Below are positions 37,901-49,437 of a DNA stretch of 64,000 bases, in pieces. The notes below the pieces were generated by a model. The model worked only from the letters and a program-made list of their open reading frames with translations. It was not told where the DNA came from and did not search any database. Location of the stretch: contig BDGG01000006.1 of assembly GCA_001949185.1 (NCBI GenBank), positions 1,346,827 through 1,410,826 of the forward strand. Direction: 5' to 3'. The position numbers and the translations under genes were made by a program. The DNA is from Ramazzottius varieornatus (Eukaryota; Animalia; Tardigrada). The first letter of the stretch is position 1. Every line of letters starts with the position of its first letter.

Positions 37901-40900
37901 ATGTTCCAGTCCCATGACTTCTTGTTTTGACGAACGAATTCCGAAGGAAAGTGATCTAACAATGCAAGCTCCTGAAGCACAAACAGATACCGGCAACACT
38001 TGGGTTAAGGTGGTTTTTCCTATTAACAGGAGTAAAAACCGAAAAAGAAGCCTCTGTATAATACCATGGAAATTCTTTGCAGGAAAGTTGGAGACAGAAT
38101 GGAGGTTTACGGGAAAAGAAACGTTTCATTTCGCTGAATTCAGTGCGCCAGTCAACTCAACATGGTCCGCGATGACGTCGTCAGACAACGATCGCTCTCT
38201 GCTGTTTGTGCATTTTCGAAGCCGTTCGCCACACGGTTTCCTTTTCCTCGCGGAACTCTCGCCGAACGTTTCCCTTACCGCGTATCTCCAAGAAGACTGC
38301 CTCGTCTTGCGTGGACGCTCGGACGTCACTGCTATACAAAACAAGTGTGAGGTCACTAACAGCCACAGTGTCAAGTCTTTTGGCGATTACTCTCTCCATA
38401 ACATCACCATCCAAATGCGAAGAGATTCCACCATAGTAAGTCCAAAGTCCAACGCAAAGACATGACGGACGGATGTTCCAATATTCTATATTTTGACAGA
38501 TCTCGGTGCTGTTAGACGGAACACCGTACTGGGCGTTCGATGCACCGCTTTTACGAGACGCCGGTAAAGAACCACGAGTGCGGCGGATAGTACTTGGTGG
38601 ACTTCACCAGGACGTCGTTCCCGTCTCTGACGGAAAACTATTACCAGCAGATATCACTGTTGGACACTTCATTGGTACGATGTCCAACGTGAAAATACTG
38701 CTTGCCAATCAATTAGTCTTTCTCAGCGGACTTCGTAGTGCAAATGCTGTACCTGCTGATCTTCGCACAGAATACAGCACAGCAAGCCACACAGATTCCA
38801 TCACGTGCTTGGTAGAGAAAAACGATCAATCCTCAGCGAACCTTGAATTCTGCGGCCCGCCAAATTTTTTGGCCATTCCGAGCTTGCAACCAGAGAAATT
38901 AACACACTTTGCTGTACGTCTCAAGACTAGAGAACCGGACGGCCTCATCTTTTTCCACAAAAAACCGTCAACGCCAACCTTTACTGCAGTGGACATGTCC
39001 GATGGACATATTAATGTCTTCGTCCATAGACACCGAAGGGTAAAAATTATCACTTCCGTTGAATGGATGTCGGTTGTCATGTTTTCTGTTGGAAGTTTAT
39101 CTAGAGCTTTTATAGGCTGAGGAAAACTCGGGTTCGCCCCGGATCACCCTTCCATCGGCTCGCATCGACGATGGAAAGTGGCATAATTTTTCATTAAAAA
39201 TCAACGACGCCACCGGCACTGGCAGTGTCCAGTTGGACGACAGTGAAACGGAATTCGTGATTGCCATCCTTTCCGGAGCGGTGTCTAGCGGAAAGAAAAG
39301 TGAAGAAGCGTTAGTCTACATTGGCGGTGGACCAGCAACGGAAACAGCCAAGTACTCGGATATCTGGTCGGCACAAATGGGTCAGTCTTTCCACGGCTTG
39401 TTGAGTCATGTCCACATCAATAGTCAGCCACTGCCGACGAGGACTGTTGAGAACTGGCACGACCAAGTGGAGGGCTTGTGTCCGGACCTGGATGCGGAAA
39501 AACGACACTGTGACCCGAATCCTTGTCTTAATGGAGGACAGTGCAAAGAAGGGTGGAGACGATTCATCTGTGTATGCGACAGGACGGGACTTTCTGGAGA
39601 TTTGTGTGAAAAAGGTATGCGAACGAAGGAGCCAAAATAGTAAAAAATAAAATTAAATGAACATCAGAAATTCTGAAATATTAGAGACTAAAAAGTTTCA
39701 CTTTTGTAAAGAAACGTATGCTTCTCAAAAATAGTTCGAAAGCTGAATGTTGAATTTTCTTACTTTTCAAATCCCGAGGGAATATAGCTCAATGGATGGT
39801 GCTAGACCAAGGACATTCACCCGAACTTCCTGTGGGCGCTGGAAGGTTGTTTGCTTTGTCCTATTGTGGACAAGCAGCAGCTTACCGGAAGCGTGAAGAT
39901 TTAACGGAGAAAGACCGGATCGAAGTATTTGCATAATTGACGGCCTTTTAAGTTTAAGCAAGACTGAGGCTGGCTAAGTCACTCTGTCCACACTATTGTC
40001 TCCCATCTCGATCCATTTTTCGATATGACTGTAGGCATCGATCAATTGCCGGTCAATAAGGCCAGCTCTCCGAAATCAAAACCTTTTTTTCCTCGCAAAC
40101 CCAGAAGCAGAGCTGATATTTCTTGAAAACAGACGGTCAAGTCAAGCCGCGAGGCAAGTTTGGGTTCTCTGGTGTTCTGTGACGGGATGCATTCATGGCC
40201 GGTTGAGGGGAGAAACATGTCTGGCTAAAAGGGATACACATTGCGACACGTGCCGAACCTTTCAAGAGCATTTTATCTGCGGTTGGCTGTCGGCGACTGC
40301 GATGGCTCAATTGATGTCTGGAGCAGCGCAACCTTAATTAGCTGAATAGAAGGGAGTGCGATTAGCATATGGACGGCCAAAGTGGTAGCACCGGCCATAT
40401 TTAACGATAAAATTTATATGAACAACGATCCGTGAACACAAACAACGCCTGTCGGGGATCGATAAGAACGTTATTGCACAACCCAGAAAACACAGAAGGG
40501 TATCAGGTTCAGGATCGTTAGTTCGTCCCCTTTGCAGAGTCAAGCCCAAAAAGATTTATTTTCAAACAACTTGATAGCTAAAGATTACGCACCTAATAGA
40601 GTACTTTAGCGTATTTATTGGGTCGATAGAATGTGACCTTTTACAGTTTCACCGAAGATGGAGTTTGATGGGACTTTCCTTCTCACCCGTGAAGTGACGC
40701 CATCTATGACGACCGACCGGCAAGTAACGGATCTATCCTTCCGTTTCTGCTCGGTGAGCCCAGAAGGACTTCTGTTTCGCGCCGAGGAATGCGCGTCAAA
40801 TCCACCTCACCTTAAGGAAAAGAAAGGGAAGAAAAAGACATCGCTCGCGACGCTAACTTCTGGTAGCAAAAGCTGGTCGGTATTCATCCATCGAGGACAG

Positions 40901-43900
40901 CTGATCGTCGAGATCTTCCTCAGTACTGATGTTCACGATTCCCTGGAATGGTCTCTTGGCGAGAACCTGGGCAACGATAAGTGGCACGATTTTCGGTTCG
41001 TGCGGCGAGGACCACATGTGGAGTTCACATTGGACGACGACCAGATCATAGGTATACTTCAATGTTACCGTAGAAAGTAACCGAAAAGTTCCGTCATGTA
41101 GCCACGTACGGTGTCACATGCATGGCCATGAACGCTTGTATACGGTCTACAGGACAATGTTTCATACTTTTTCCAGAGAACATGGATATCTTGGAAGGGC
41201 TGACTTTTGCCTTCTGCAAGCTAGAAGTCGGTGGAACCTCCGCACGCTTTTCGGATATGCCGCCCTCTCGACGGAAAATCTCCCGTCTCAACAAACGCAC
41301 TCAATTAGCTATGGTTCGCCGCTCCACCAAAACGAAACGAACGTCCGCGGCCTACATGTCCACTCCGCTGGTCGGTATCGTCCAAGCCTTCAAACTCGAT
41401 GGCGTCGAACTCAACGAGATGTCCCCCAATAAAACGCAAGGCTTGGCACGGAAAACTCTGAAGGATGTACAAGCGGCAGTCCAAAATGGGTCTGTGTACA
41501 CCTTCGCAAGTGCGCAGGATTACATCGAACTAGAAACGTTTCGAGCTGAAGCCAGACTGGACATTAAGTTATCATTCAAAACAACTGAGCCAAATGGACT
41601 GATTTTGTTCAACGGAAAAGCAGGGAAAGACTTCATAGCTCTCGAACTGGTTCGGGGAGCTCTTCACTTTACATTCGACTTGGGAAACGGAGCAAAGAGT
41701 TTACAATCAACGGTCACGTTTCCATTACATGATAACCGCTGGCATGCCGCTCACATTTCGAAACCCACCCGGAACGAATACGTGATGGCGATAGACGGTC
41801 TACGGAGTGTCGTGAAGGTGAAGCAAGAAAAAATGCGTTTGGATTTGAGCGGGAAATTGTACTTTGGCGGAGTGCCAAAGAGCGAGTACGCAAACTTGCC
41901 CAGAAGTGTCTTGTCACAGAATGGCTTCACCGGATGCTTCATGGGACTGAAACTGAACGATGTGGAGGTTGTGTTCGGAAGGGAGATGTTATCGCCAGCG
42001 CGGAGCTTAAGAATGGGTTGCGAGGAACAAGGAACGAAGTGCTGGCAAGGCAGCTGTAAGAACGGCGGCAAGTGCGAACAGCAGTGGGGCGGAGTGGCCT
42101 GTGACTGTGACATGACGTCGTACACTGGCGCCATCTGCAGCGATCGTAAGTTCCATTGTGCACATTTATGGTATTCGCGGGTTACAGGTGTGACGCGAGC
42201 AAGACGACGTCGCCATGAAAAGTCGCCGCATTTAAAATAGGAGGAGTTGTGCACGCGCTGGGCGTAAGTGCAGCCAACGACCTGCCCGTGCACACTTTGA
42301 GTCACTAAGCTGAGCCGTGACTCATACAGCCCGTTCCACTCATGCGTCCCCCGGTCGAGTCGCGCACCCTGTTGGCTTACAGATCCTTTTATTGCGCTAC
42401 TGTACCGTCACTCACTACTCTCGTGAACTCTCCCACCGAGAAGGCTTGATCAGTATCCAAAACATTCACCCATTAACCTGCGTAGGTCCTCCCGATTTAA
42501 TTTGACATTGCTTTGAGGGGACGGTTTTAATTACGGAAAGGGTTACGAGGATCAGAAGTACTAAATGATCTCTCCCTTTCGAGCTTAATGAAGCGAAATA
42601 TCCAGGTTCCGTCCGGAAGAGGCTGTCTTAACGTCAGAAGAAACGACAGCACAGACTGTTCGGCGTCAACAGCCGTCCTGTGGTAAACCGTAACTGGCGA
42701 TCGCACAAGAAGACACGTAAACCTGTTCCGTTCTCAGTGACAAAAAAACATTCCAGAAGGCAATGACTCAAATTAGAACAGAATCGAAGAGGCACCGTTG
42801 TACTGGAAAAAGTCTAGTAGGAAAATTTGAAATTTTCGAAAAGCGGTAATTATTTACCGGAAACCAATCAAGGTCTCCATGTTGGGACTCAATCAGCCAA
42901 AGACAGTGTGCCAACCTGATCTACTCGACTCGAACGATGAGTGCAAGCGTGGCTCACCTCTGAGTTCAGCGAGTGCGTGTCACGAGGTTTTACTGGCCAA
43001 TACGGCAAACCACGTGACTTCGCCTTGCGCAAATCCCATTTGTATCGCGGGTTGTAATATCCCAGAGCTCCAAGCAGAGCGATAACAAAATTCGAGTGCG
43101 TACACGAACGAAAGAAATTATGGACCAGTAAAAACTATGGACCGGGCCTTTTCGCTATGGCGGTACGGAAGCACATGCGTACGCGACTCATCCACACTAA
43201 CGTACTTTCTGTCACTTTTTTACGGTTGAATTTCTATTTTGCCGTCTTTTCCGCCTGGCCAATAATTTTTACTTGCCCATATTTTCTTGTCATGCGTGTA
43301 CTGCAAGCGAACTTCTTCGCTCAATTAACATGGGCCGTAAAAACCCCGCCGTTCCTCCTTTCGGAGCCCGTTGCAGCGAGAGCGGATACCCGCCAGCGAA
43401 GGGCCAATGGAAAACACGGTGTAGGCGGTCTAGGGTTGGGTGACGCCACGCTCCGGCACTGAGCCGTTCGACGTATGACGTCACCCGAAGGAGGAGAGCG
43501 GGGTCACACAAAAATCGTCCATTGAGCGAAGAAGTTTGCTGTGAGTGGAAAAAATGCGCACTTGACAGCCAAATTAGCAGATGTGTACAGGCGTACGACA
43601 GCCGTTTCAAAGTTGAACTCGATCAAGTAGCACAGGTTTCAGTCGTTCCCGTACAATAATTTACAATTACTGTGCGGGAACACATTCACGTAAGTTACAA
43701 GTTGCTCTGGTAATTTTTGGCTCTTTCAGAAAGTATCGCGTACCGGTTTGGACCGCTTCCCGGACTGATTATATATCACTTCGATCCATCACAGAGACCC
43801 GACTCCCGTAACGACCATGTGGTTTTTGGACTGATCACGACTGAAGACGAAGCAATCATCGCGAGAATAGCAAGCTTCACTTCCGACGATGTCACTGAAT

Positions 43901-45644
43901 TCCAGATTGTACGGCACAGTACAGTACCATTCAACCTCACGTTTACTTCATCGCTGATGGCTTTACAGGTTGGTGGTCATCTGTTCGTGATATACAACAT
44001 GGGTTCCGAAGCTCACCTACTCAGTGACCTAAAGACCCGCTTGAACGATGGCAAGTACCATGTTATCCGCTACGAACGCTCAGGAGCCAACGCCTCCATC
44101 CAGATCGATGACCATCCTCAGGTTTCCGTTACACCCGAAGGCCGACAGCTGGAAGTCTTCAACGGCATCTCCACCGTAGAAATCGGGGGCAAACTCAACG
44201 AAAAAGAACAAAGTATCGACCGGCCCTTTCACGGTATCGTTTCCGGGTTCGTCCTTAACGGTATTCGGATATTGGACCTGGCAGCTGATGCCGATAGTAA
44301 TATCGTTCTGGACGGATACCCGGAATTGGTCAGCGATATCAGCACTGAGTTGAAAGTGAAGAGCCAGATTGGTGAGGTCTTGAGAAGCAGTCCCAATTGG
44401 CTGGATGAGATGCAACATATGGAAACAACGAGCAGCCATGAAGCAAAGGACAGTGCGGACGATCTGATCATAGCGACCACGCCCAAATGCAGGGATGAAG
44501 ATGAAAGCTGCATGCTTGTGGACAATTCCAAAGGTGAAGTTGTCCAGAGACTTCAAACTGATCTCGCGTCACATTCCTCTCTTTACAGATGATGACTTGA
44601 TATTTGCTCAATATACAATAGTACGGACCTCGACGGCGGTGCCAACCTTCACATCGTCGAGGACCGACTCGATCAGTACCTCTACAGCGCCCTCTGTGAT
44701 ACCGTCCAGCACCACTGCGGATGTTACCCCAGTGCCTTGTGGTAACGATGATGAAGACTGTAAGTCACTGCACCTAAAGCTCGACCATATCAGAGCAAAA
44801 TGTTTAGTCTAACGGGAAGTCGTTCGTGCGGCAAGGCTCGTGTCTTGTCAGTAGTCAGTATTCTCTCCGTTGTACTCCATAATGATAGCTCTCATTCCGA
44901 TCCAGTTGCTGAACGTCCAACCACGTTCAACAAGTTATCATACACCAAAAAAAACAAAAATTCCGGCATGCCGAAAATTTCCACATTGGAAACCCTCACC
45001 CAACAAAGCTACATTCCATTGTACAACAACCGGTTATTTTTCCATTTGTAGGTGATATGGAGTCGTCAGGTGACGACAGCCTCCTCTCGGCGCGTTCCGC
45101 GGTAGCGCGCAGTACCCGAGTATTCTTTGTGTCCTTCAACACAACAGTTACACCAGCAGCCACTGCCGCCCTCCACGACACGTCAGCACCTCCGCCAACC
45201 CACACATCAGCCCGCTCTTCCAACACCACCGAAGATGGCCGAAGTGTGCCACGCGGAGTGGGAGTCATCCCCGTACCCACACTGGCCTCTTCCCCACCCG
45301 ACTCCACCAGCCACATCTTCGCCGAACACGCCGCCCTCTTTGCAGGTGCCGCCATCGGTATCATCTTTATCGTGGGACTGATCGTCTTCGCAGCTGTGCG
45401 CTGTAGAGGCTCAAGAAGACGAGCGGAAGTGGCGGGTGGGAAGACGTACCAAACGTTCACCAAACCGGAACCGACGAGTACTATGACCAGCTCGGTCAAG
45501 AATGGGGGCTACGCTGGGTACGCCACACTGCCAGTGGACCAAAGAACAAAGAGCGGCCCCAGTGGGAAAGGAGGAAGTTTGCCGAGTGGTAGCGCCAGTT
45601 TAGCTAGAAGTAAAGGTGCTGGCGATAAAGCCATGTATGTGTAG
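34941..45644 (+). CDS. Nrx-1: Alpha-neurexin (six LNS/LamG domains, EGF repeats, TM, PDZ-binding tail)
   Basis: Exons approximately 34941-35790, 38083-38435, 38500-39039, 39116-39614, 40647-41051, 41177-42145, then 43730 onward to 45644. LamG motifs (FRT…GVLLY, FKTTEPNGLILFN, LNDGKYHVIRYERSGANASIQID). EGFs CDPNPCLNGGQC…DLC and CWQGSCKNGGKC…AIC. Acidic Cys-loops, a Thr-rich stalk, TM FAGAAIGIIFIVGLIVFAAV, and C-terminus KAMYV (compare neurexin KEYYV). Confidence 0.88.
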
Positions 45645-46294
45645 CCAAAGTTTCTGCAATATCTGGTTTATATTGTACAAATATTATATGGACCAAATTT
45701 TACTAGAAAAGTCTGACAGGAACACTGCATTTTGATTTGAAATACTATATACTAAAAGATTTATTCAGTAGTAGAGTAGCTTGGTTCCTCGTTTAGGGTA
45801 GCCGAGCTCGACACGTTTATATCGATCTGAATTTTGAGCGATGGTCTTTAAGACTTAGATGGATTCTGCGGAAGACATGGAGCACTTAGGGCGCTGTCAC
45901 ACCGATAATTATCCATTTAGGCGGCACTTTACCTCAAGCGCCAACTATTAAAGACGTCTGTTTCACATCTGTTAATCTGCCTAATTGGCGCCATCCCACT
46001 CTGCATACCTGGTACATCCGTGATAGAGACCCTGCCCGGTGTGACGGAAGATAGACAATTAATTATCCATTGTCGGCCTCCTCCTCAAAATGTCCCGAAA
46101 CCCGACAGCGGAAAATTGCTTGAGACGCCAAACACGCCCGCGACAACCTGTCGATCTCTTACATGTAGGAGGAAGGCAGACACCTATTTCTTGCAGGCTC
46201 ACCATAACAGAGAAGATATTGTTTGAACTTCCAATATTTGAAATGATGGTAGGAACGTTTGAGATAGGAACTGTCAGACAAAGACGTAGGTAAA

Positions 46295-46458
46295 GAATAT
46301 GTAATCGGAAGCGAAGTGTATGGAACGATTGTTATCTTTTGAGGTGGTCAAACATGACCGACGCATCTGATCAACAGCTTTGCTCATCGAATATTCTCTT
46401 CATTCCTTGATGAACACAATATGTTCTGACAATATTGTTGGCCATAATCTAATCATCT
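46295..46458 (+). promoter_or_regulatory. Conserved non-coding block upstream of homeobox gene A; inverted homolog at 54229-54392
   Basis: Roughly 85-90% identical by eye to the reverse complement of 54229-54392, while flanks are unalignable. Contains a CATCTG E-box and tandem TAATC sites. Confidence 0.55.
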
Positions 46459-47077
46459 GAGTCAAGAAACTTACATAACTCGTAGGTCACCTCGAAAGGC
46501 CTTCGGAAGCGGAGTTTTTCATACACGGTAGGCGGCTGGTAATTTTAAACGTGTGAGTGTTTGGAAGCTATTCCTTCGACTGTACGTTTCTGCTTCCATT
46601 AGCTCCAGAGAGCTCATGCAGTGATAGTCTCTCCTGAGAGAGGCCTGTTGATTTCATCCAAGGTGTAGCTTCTGACAAACATGTTTCCGCGTTCGATTTA
46701 CAAAGTTTCATAAAATGAACTATCGGCATCGCCCGAGCAGACGGTAGCTATGGCAGAACAGGGACGATATTCCCAATTCTAAGACGGTCGCCGGCCTTGG
46801 AGTATTTTGCTAAAGACAAAGAACTGTCGCGAGCAAGATGGGTCAGCGCTTCACCACTATGAGCAAGAAGTATGCGACCCCCAGAAGGTAACCACGCCCA
46901 GTCGATTTCCCGTTTATTATTCTTTTCGCTCTCCTTTGAATTGTATAAATCAAGGCGCACGGCAAGCGAAATCGTCGGAACACTGAGAAAAGTGAAGAAA
47001 GCTGCTTGTTGCAATTAACAAACAATTTCCGGATTGCACCGGGCACAATAGCCTAAAGCCCAATGCAGTCCTCTGGT

Positions 47078-47588
47078 TCGTCGCACAACATTGCCAAATA
47101 ACAGTGTCGAGTTCGTCGCTTGCTACAAATCGAGTCGTTTGTCAAGCGAATGGCGCTTGATCGGCGATGGTGGAAACTTATTGTCAGCTCAACTGGTCGA
47201 ACAAGTCTTGCTCGGTTCCACGTCGACGCAAACTGAAAGACATTTCGCCAACAACGGCCGCAGGATAACAAAGGCACGCAAAAGACTGACATTAACGACG
47301 TCAACAACGAGGTCAACTGTCGTTCTCTCAAAAGATAACCGTGATCTTGATTGACAGTTGGAACGAAACGAATGCTCACTGCAATTATGCCGTGATTACC
47401 GCGTCGCTCATGCAGGCATATGTACCGGTAAATATGGCATAGAATGGCTTGCAATTGGGCAAAGCGTTCGCTTAGTGGGTAAAGTGGCCCAACCGATGCT
47501 ACAATGAAAGACACCATTGGCCGCTTTTATGACACAAACCGTCCGTAACCACCCTCTTCAACTCGCGCTCGCTACTGTACGCTTTGCT
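47078..47588 (+). repeat. 511-bp inverted-repeat arm, apparently identical to 53397-53907; probable shared promoter/enhancer of the homeobox pair
   Basis: Overlapping ORF translations are identical in two frames between the arms, and nucleotide spot checks match. Contains an ATTGG (CCAAT) box and TTTTATGAC. Ends about 240 bp upstream of the ATG. Confidence 0.85.
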
Positions 47589-47831
47589 CCCACAAACCAC
47601 TTCAACTGTTTATTCGTATTTCGTCGATGAAAATATACATTCCGTACTACTTTACGCTTTCTCTGCTGTAGAGCTCAGAGCTCCTCTCAGATAACCCCTG
47701 ACTAGCTCTACAACCAGCCTGATTTCAAAATAACGGTTCTTTATTTTATGCTGCGCTCCAGCAAATCACATCGAAAGAGCTATTTTGCTACAGACGATTT
47801 GGATGCAACTTGTTGATCAGCAAAGATCAAA

Positions 47832-49437
47832 ATGGCGAGATTTCGCATCGATGATATTTTGGCAACAGCGGCTCCCAACCTCATCTTCATCAAGAACGAA
47901 GACCACGTGGCCCCTCTTACTCCTGCGCCACAACATGTATCATCCACGGCATCCGGACCAACCGCAAAGCGGTCAGCTTCCTCGTGTCAGCAAGTGGTTA
48001 CCCCGCTGATCAGAATCACCAGTCGGCAACCCCATCAGCAAACACCAAAACAGCAGGAAGGTTGGTATTTACTTCTCATTTCCGCAACCGTTTTCTGAAA
48101 TAATGGTGGTGCTAGGCTGCCAGGTAGCAAGAGGTCATCTTAGGACGGGGGGCTAGGCAAACGTGCAGCACAACGTCCTTGAATTTACGAGAACAAAAAG
48201 TGGCTCGTTTGTTACTATAAGACCGGGGTCACACTCTTTTTACAATTTTCCCTACTCAATCAATGCGCAGTATACTACTGTATGGGCCGCGGAGGTCCTC
48301 GCGTGTTTTTCACGTCACGGCGTACGGGAAATACCTGATAGATAAGCAATGTTTGTTCTGCAACAACTGGCAAAGAACCGAAACAGTAAGCGGGGTCTTA
48401 AGTGATAAGCAGAAGTCTTTAATCATCATCTTTGGAATATCCTCAGTTTAATCGCGCAAGCAAATGCTACGTGAATTGAAACTGGAAGTCTCAGCTGGTG
48501 ATTGCAGTAATCATAGTTTTACATTTGGCTTTAGACGCTTTCGTACTCGTTTCCGATCGTTTGAAGTCTTGATCGGCGGATGCAGCCAATTTCCATAGGC
48601 TTCACGATGAGCATGTGTATCGTTGATTCGATAGAAGACGTTCTTGGTCTAAACCGGCCGTTGCTGGATCGAAGCAGGCTCAAGAGATCGCCATGGCACA
48701 AAGCATTTCTATTTTTTCGTTTTATCCTGCGCCTGGCGATTTCAAGTTAGACGAGCTGTCTCTGATACCAAAAGTTTCGTGTAAGAAAGGAGGCGGAAGT
48801 TGGGCGAGAGCACGACTCTAGTTCAACCTTGTGATTATGATTGTCAATCGCAGCTAAAATTACGTGCCGCTCTAATCGATGTTTACCGTCTAATTTGCAG
48901 TTGCAAAATGGGAGAAAGATACGGATAATTTCGATCGTAAAATGCGTCAGACGCCGGACAGCGACGATGGGACCGACGACCGATCCCCATCCAACGATGC
49001 GCAAAACAAAAAGCAGCGAAAGCCGCGGACCGCCTTCAGCGACAGCCAACTTCAGTCCTTGGAAAAGAGTTTCGAGAGGCAGAAATATCTGTCTGTACAG
49101 GAACGGATGGAACTAGCAGCCAAACTGCAGTTAGCCGATGCGCAAGTCAAATGCTGGTTCCAAAACAGAAGGTATGTGAGACGAAAACTTGAAAGCCCAG
49201 GAAACTTATTATCTTTCTACGAGGTTCGCTAACTAGTCTATATCTGACTTCAACAGAACCAAATGGAAAAGGCAGAATTCGATGCAGTTCGAAGCCGCCG
49301 ATTATTTCCCTGTGTTACGCCAGATGTATCCTTTCTCCGGCTTTGCCGGCCAGGAACTTCCGCCATTCCACCGACCGCAATATCGCGCGTTTCCCACCTT
49401 TGATAATTCCTTTCATTCGTACGTGCGCCCTCTCTAG
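47832..49437 (+). CDS. BarH-like homeobox protein, copy A; 3 exons
   Basis: Exons 47832-48060, 48901-49171 and 49257-49437. N-terminal eh1/FIL motif FRIDDIL. Homeodomain [60 protein letters not shown] matches the BarH class. Confidence 0.88.

Noticed and set aside
43157-43462. Hydrophobic ORF in the neurexin intron before LNS6 as a possible beta-neurexin first exon
   Set aside because: There is no convincing in-phase donor. The strong GTAAGT at about 43690 gives only a 40-nt intron and has no upstream in-frame ATG.
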